DNA of 64,000 bases from the NCBI GenBank assembly GCA_043228905.1, contig JBHGNT010000015.1, positions 12,896,001-12,960,000 on the forward strand, given 5' to 3'. Shown piece after piece: positions 62,820-64,000 of the stretch. The translations under genes and the position numbers were made by a program. The notes beneath the pieces were generated by a model. It was not told the origin of the DNA. It did not search any database and was given only the letters and a program-made list of their open reading frames with translations. The DNA is from Azolla caroliniana (taxonomy: Eukaryota > Plantae > Polypodiophyta). Each line of letters begins with the position of its first letter. Position 1 is the first letter of the stretch.

Positions 62820-64000
62820 TTCGGTTGTATCCGGGTCGTGTCCGGCGTCGGTTTTCTTGGCATCCCTCTTCTCCCTAGTCTGAGACCCATGTGGTCCCGC
62901 CCCTTCTACACGTACGCGCGTAATAACGCGACAACAGAGCGTTTGATGGCTTTAGAATCCCCATCGCCACCTTCTCCTTGAGCAAGTCAATGATTTTCGG
63001 AATATGCGCCTGTGGCACTAGAATCGGCTTCAGGTTCCACGGCACATGATCAATCGTGAAGATCACCATCAGCTCCACTATCTTCGGATCAACGCACCCT
63101 ATCTCTCTTGATGTGAATGCAAATGCTTTTCCATGTTGCTCCAACATCTCACGAAACCGTTCTTCTTCATTTTGTGAGAGGAAACCACCTCCACCAATCC
63201 GAAGTTTTTTCCGGGTCTCATCTGTGAAGGCATGTCCGATATCCACAGACTTCTGAAGTGTCGGATCTCCCGAGACTTCTTTCCTCTTTTGTTCGCTATC
63301 GACGGGTAGCGGTCCTGCGGCCAGTTTCACCTTCTTTTCCACGGTCTTATATTTCGTACATACCATTGCTTCTTCTTTGCGGAGCGCATCCGGCCCCATT
63401 TTCGCAATGATCTCGTACATCTCGACCGATTCCATCGGAACTACCCGGTCTCCCTGGCTATTCTCTTCTGCAAGCTCTTCAAGTCGTTGTAGCGTGTTCC
63501 CATAGAACACTTCTTCGACCACTCCCACGATTTCTTCATCTTCTTTTATTATTGATGCAGATTGTAACTCATCTTGCACCTTTCAGAATTCTTCCTTCAT
63601 TACTCCGGTTATGGCCATGTATGTAGATGCCCCATCTGTACCGATTCGTACTTGTTTTGCTCCGTAGTTTTTCTTCTTGTGTGGGGTATCAGAGCTTCTC
63701 AGACTATTACTTCCCCACTCTGCAATAGTTTGCTTTAAAAATACATTTTTGTTTGGGACAATAGCTCTCTATTGTTGCTTTCGTGATTTGATGGCACAGT
63801 TAGGAATTGGACGGTTTTCCCCCCGCTATGGCTCCGAATTCGTGCAAAAGCCACTTTGCTATTGAGCACCTTTGTCTCCATCGTGAAGCCATGATAAAGG
63901 GTTGCCCGAGGATCACAAAGTGTGAGACCTCATCTTGTGCGAAGAAATTTTGGTCAATCTCCACATCTCCGATCTTCATCGTCACATCCGGACAAGCCGT
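58025..64000. repeat. Near-identical direct copy of ~12188-18165 (B0 LTR, Copia E piece, element D with solo LTR)
   Basis: ORFs are identical at offset 45837 (45835 after the CT microsatellite). Confidence 0.95.

Overview
Gene-free, transposon-saturated plant DNA. Plant TTTAGGG motifs, plant tRNA primer sites and these element types suggest a fern or other large-genome non-seed plant (inference). No intact host gene was found. Positions 1-49.4 kb are a stack of nested Ty1/Copia and Ty3/Gypsy LTR retrotransposons whose order can be rebuilt from target-site duplications (TSDs), LTRs and primer-binding sites (PBS). The deepest chain has six levels: Copia E > tRNA-Trp Gypsy D > a pogo-like DD30D DNA transposon carrying a 113-bp telomere-motif array > Athila-like element B1 > tRNA-Trp element C > young Copia G. 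Positions 49.4-56.4 kb hold a LINE 3' fragment, a degenerate intron-containing C2H2-finger/Ulp1-like gene, and a Mutator-like transposase with an apparent integrase-type HHCC zinc domain at its N-terminus. A 100-N gap is followed by a near-identical copy of 12.2-18.2 kb, possibly an assembly artefact. All domain calls are by-eye motif recognition, not database searches.
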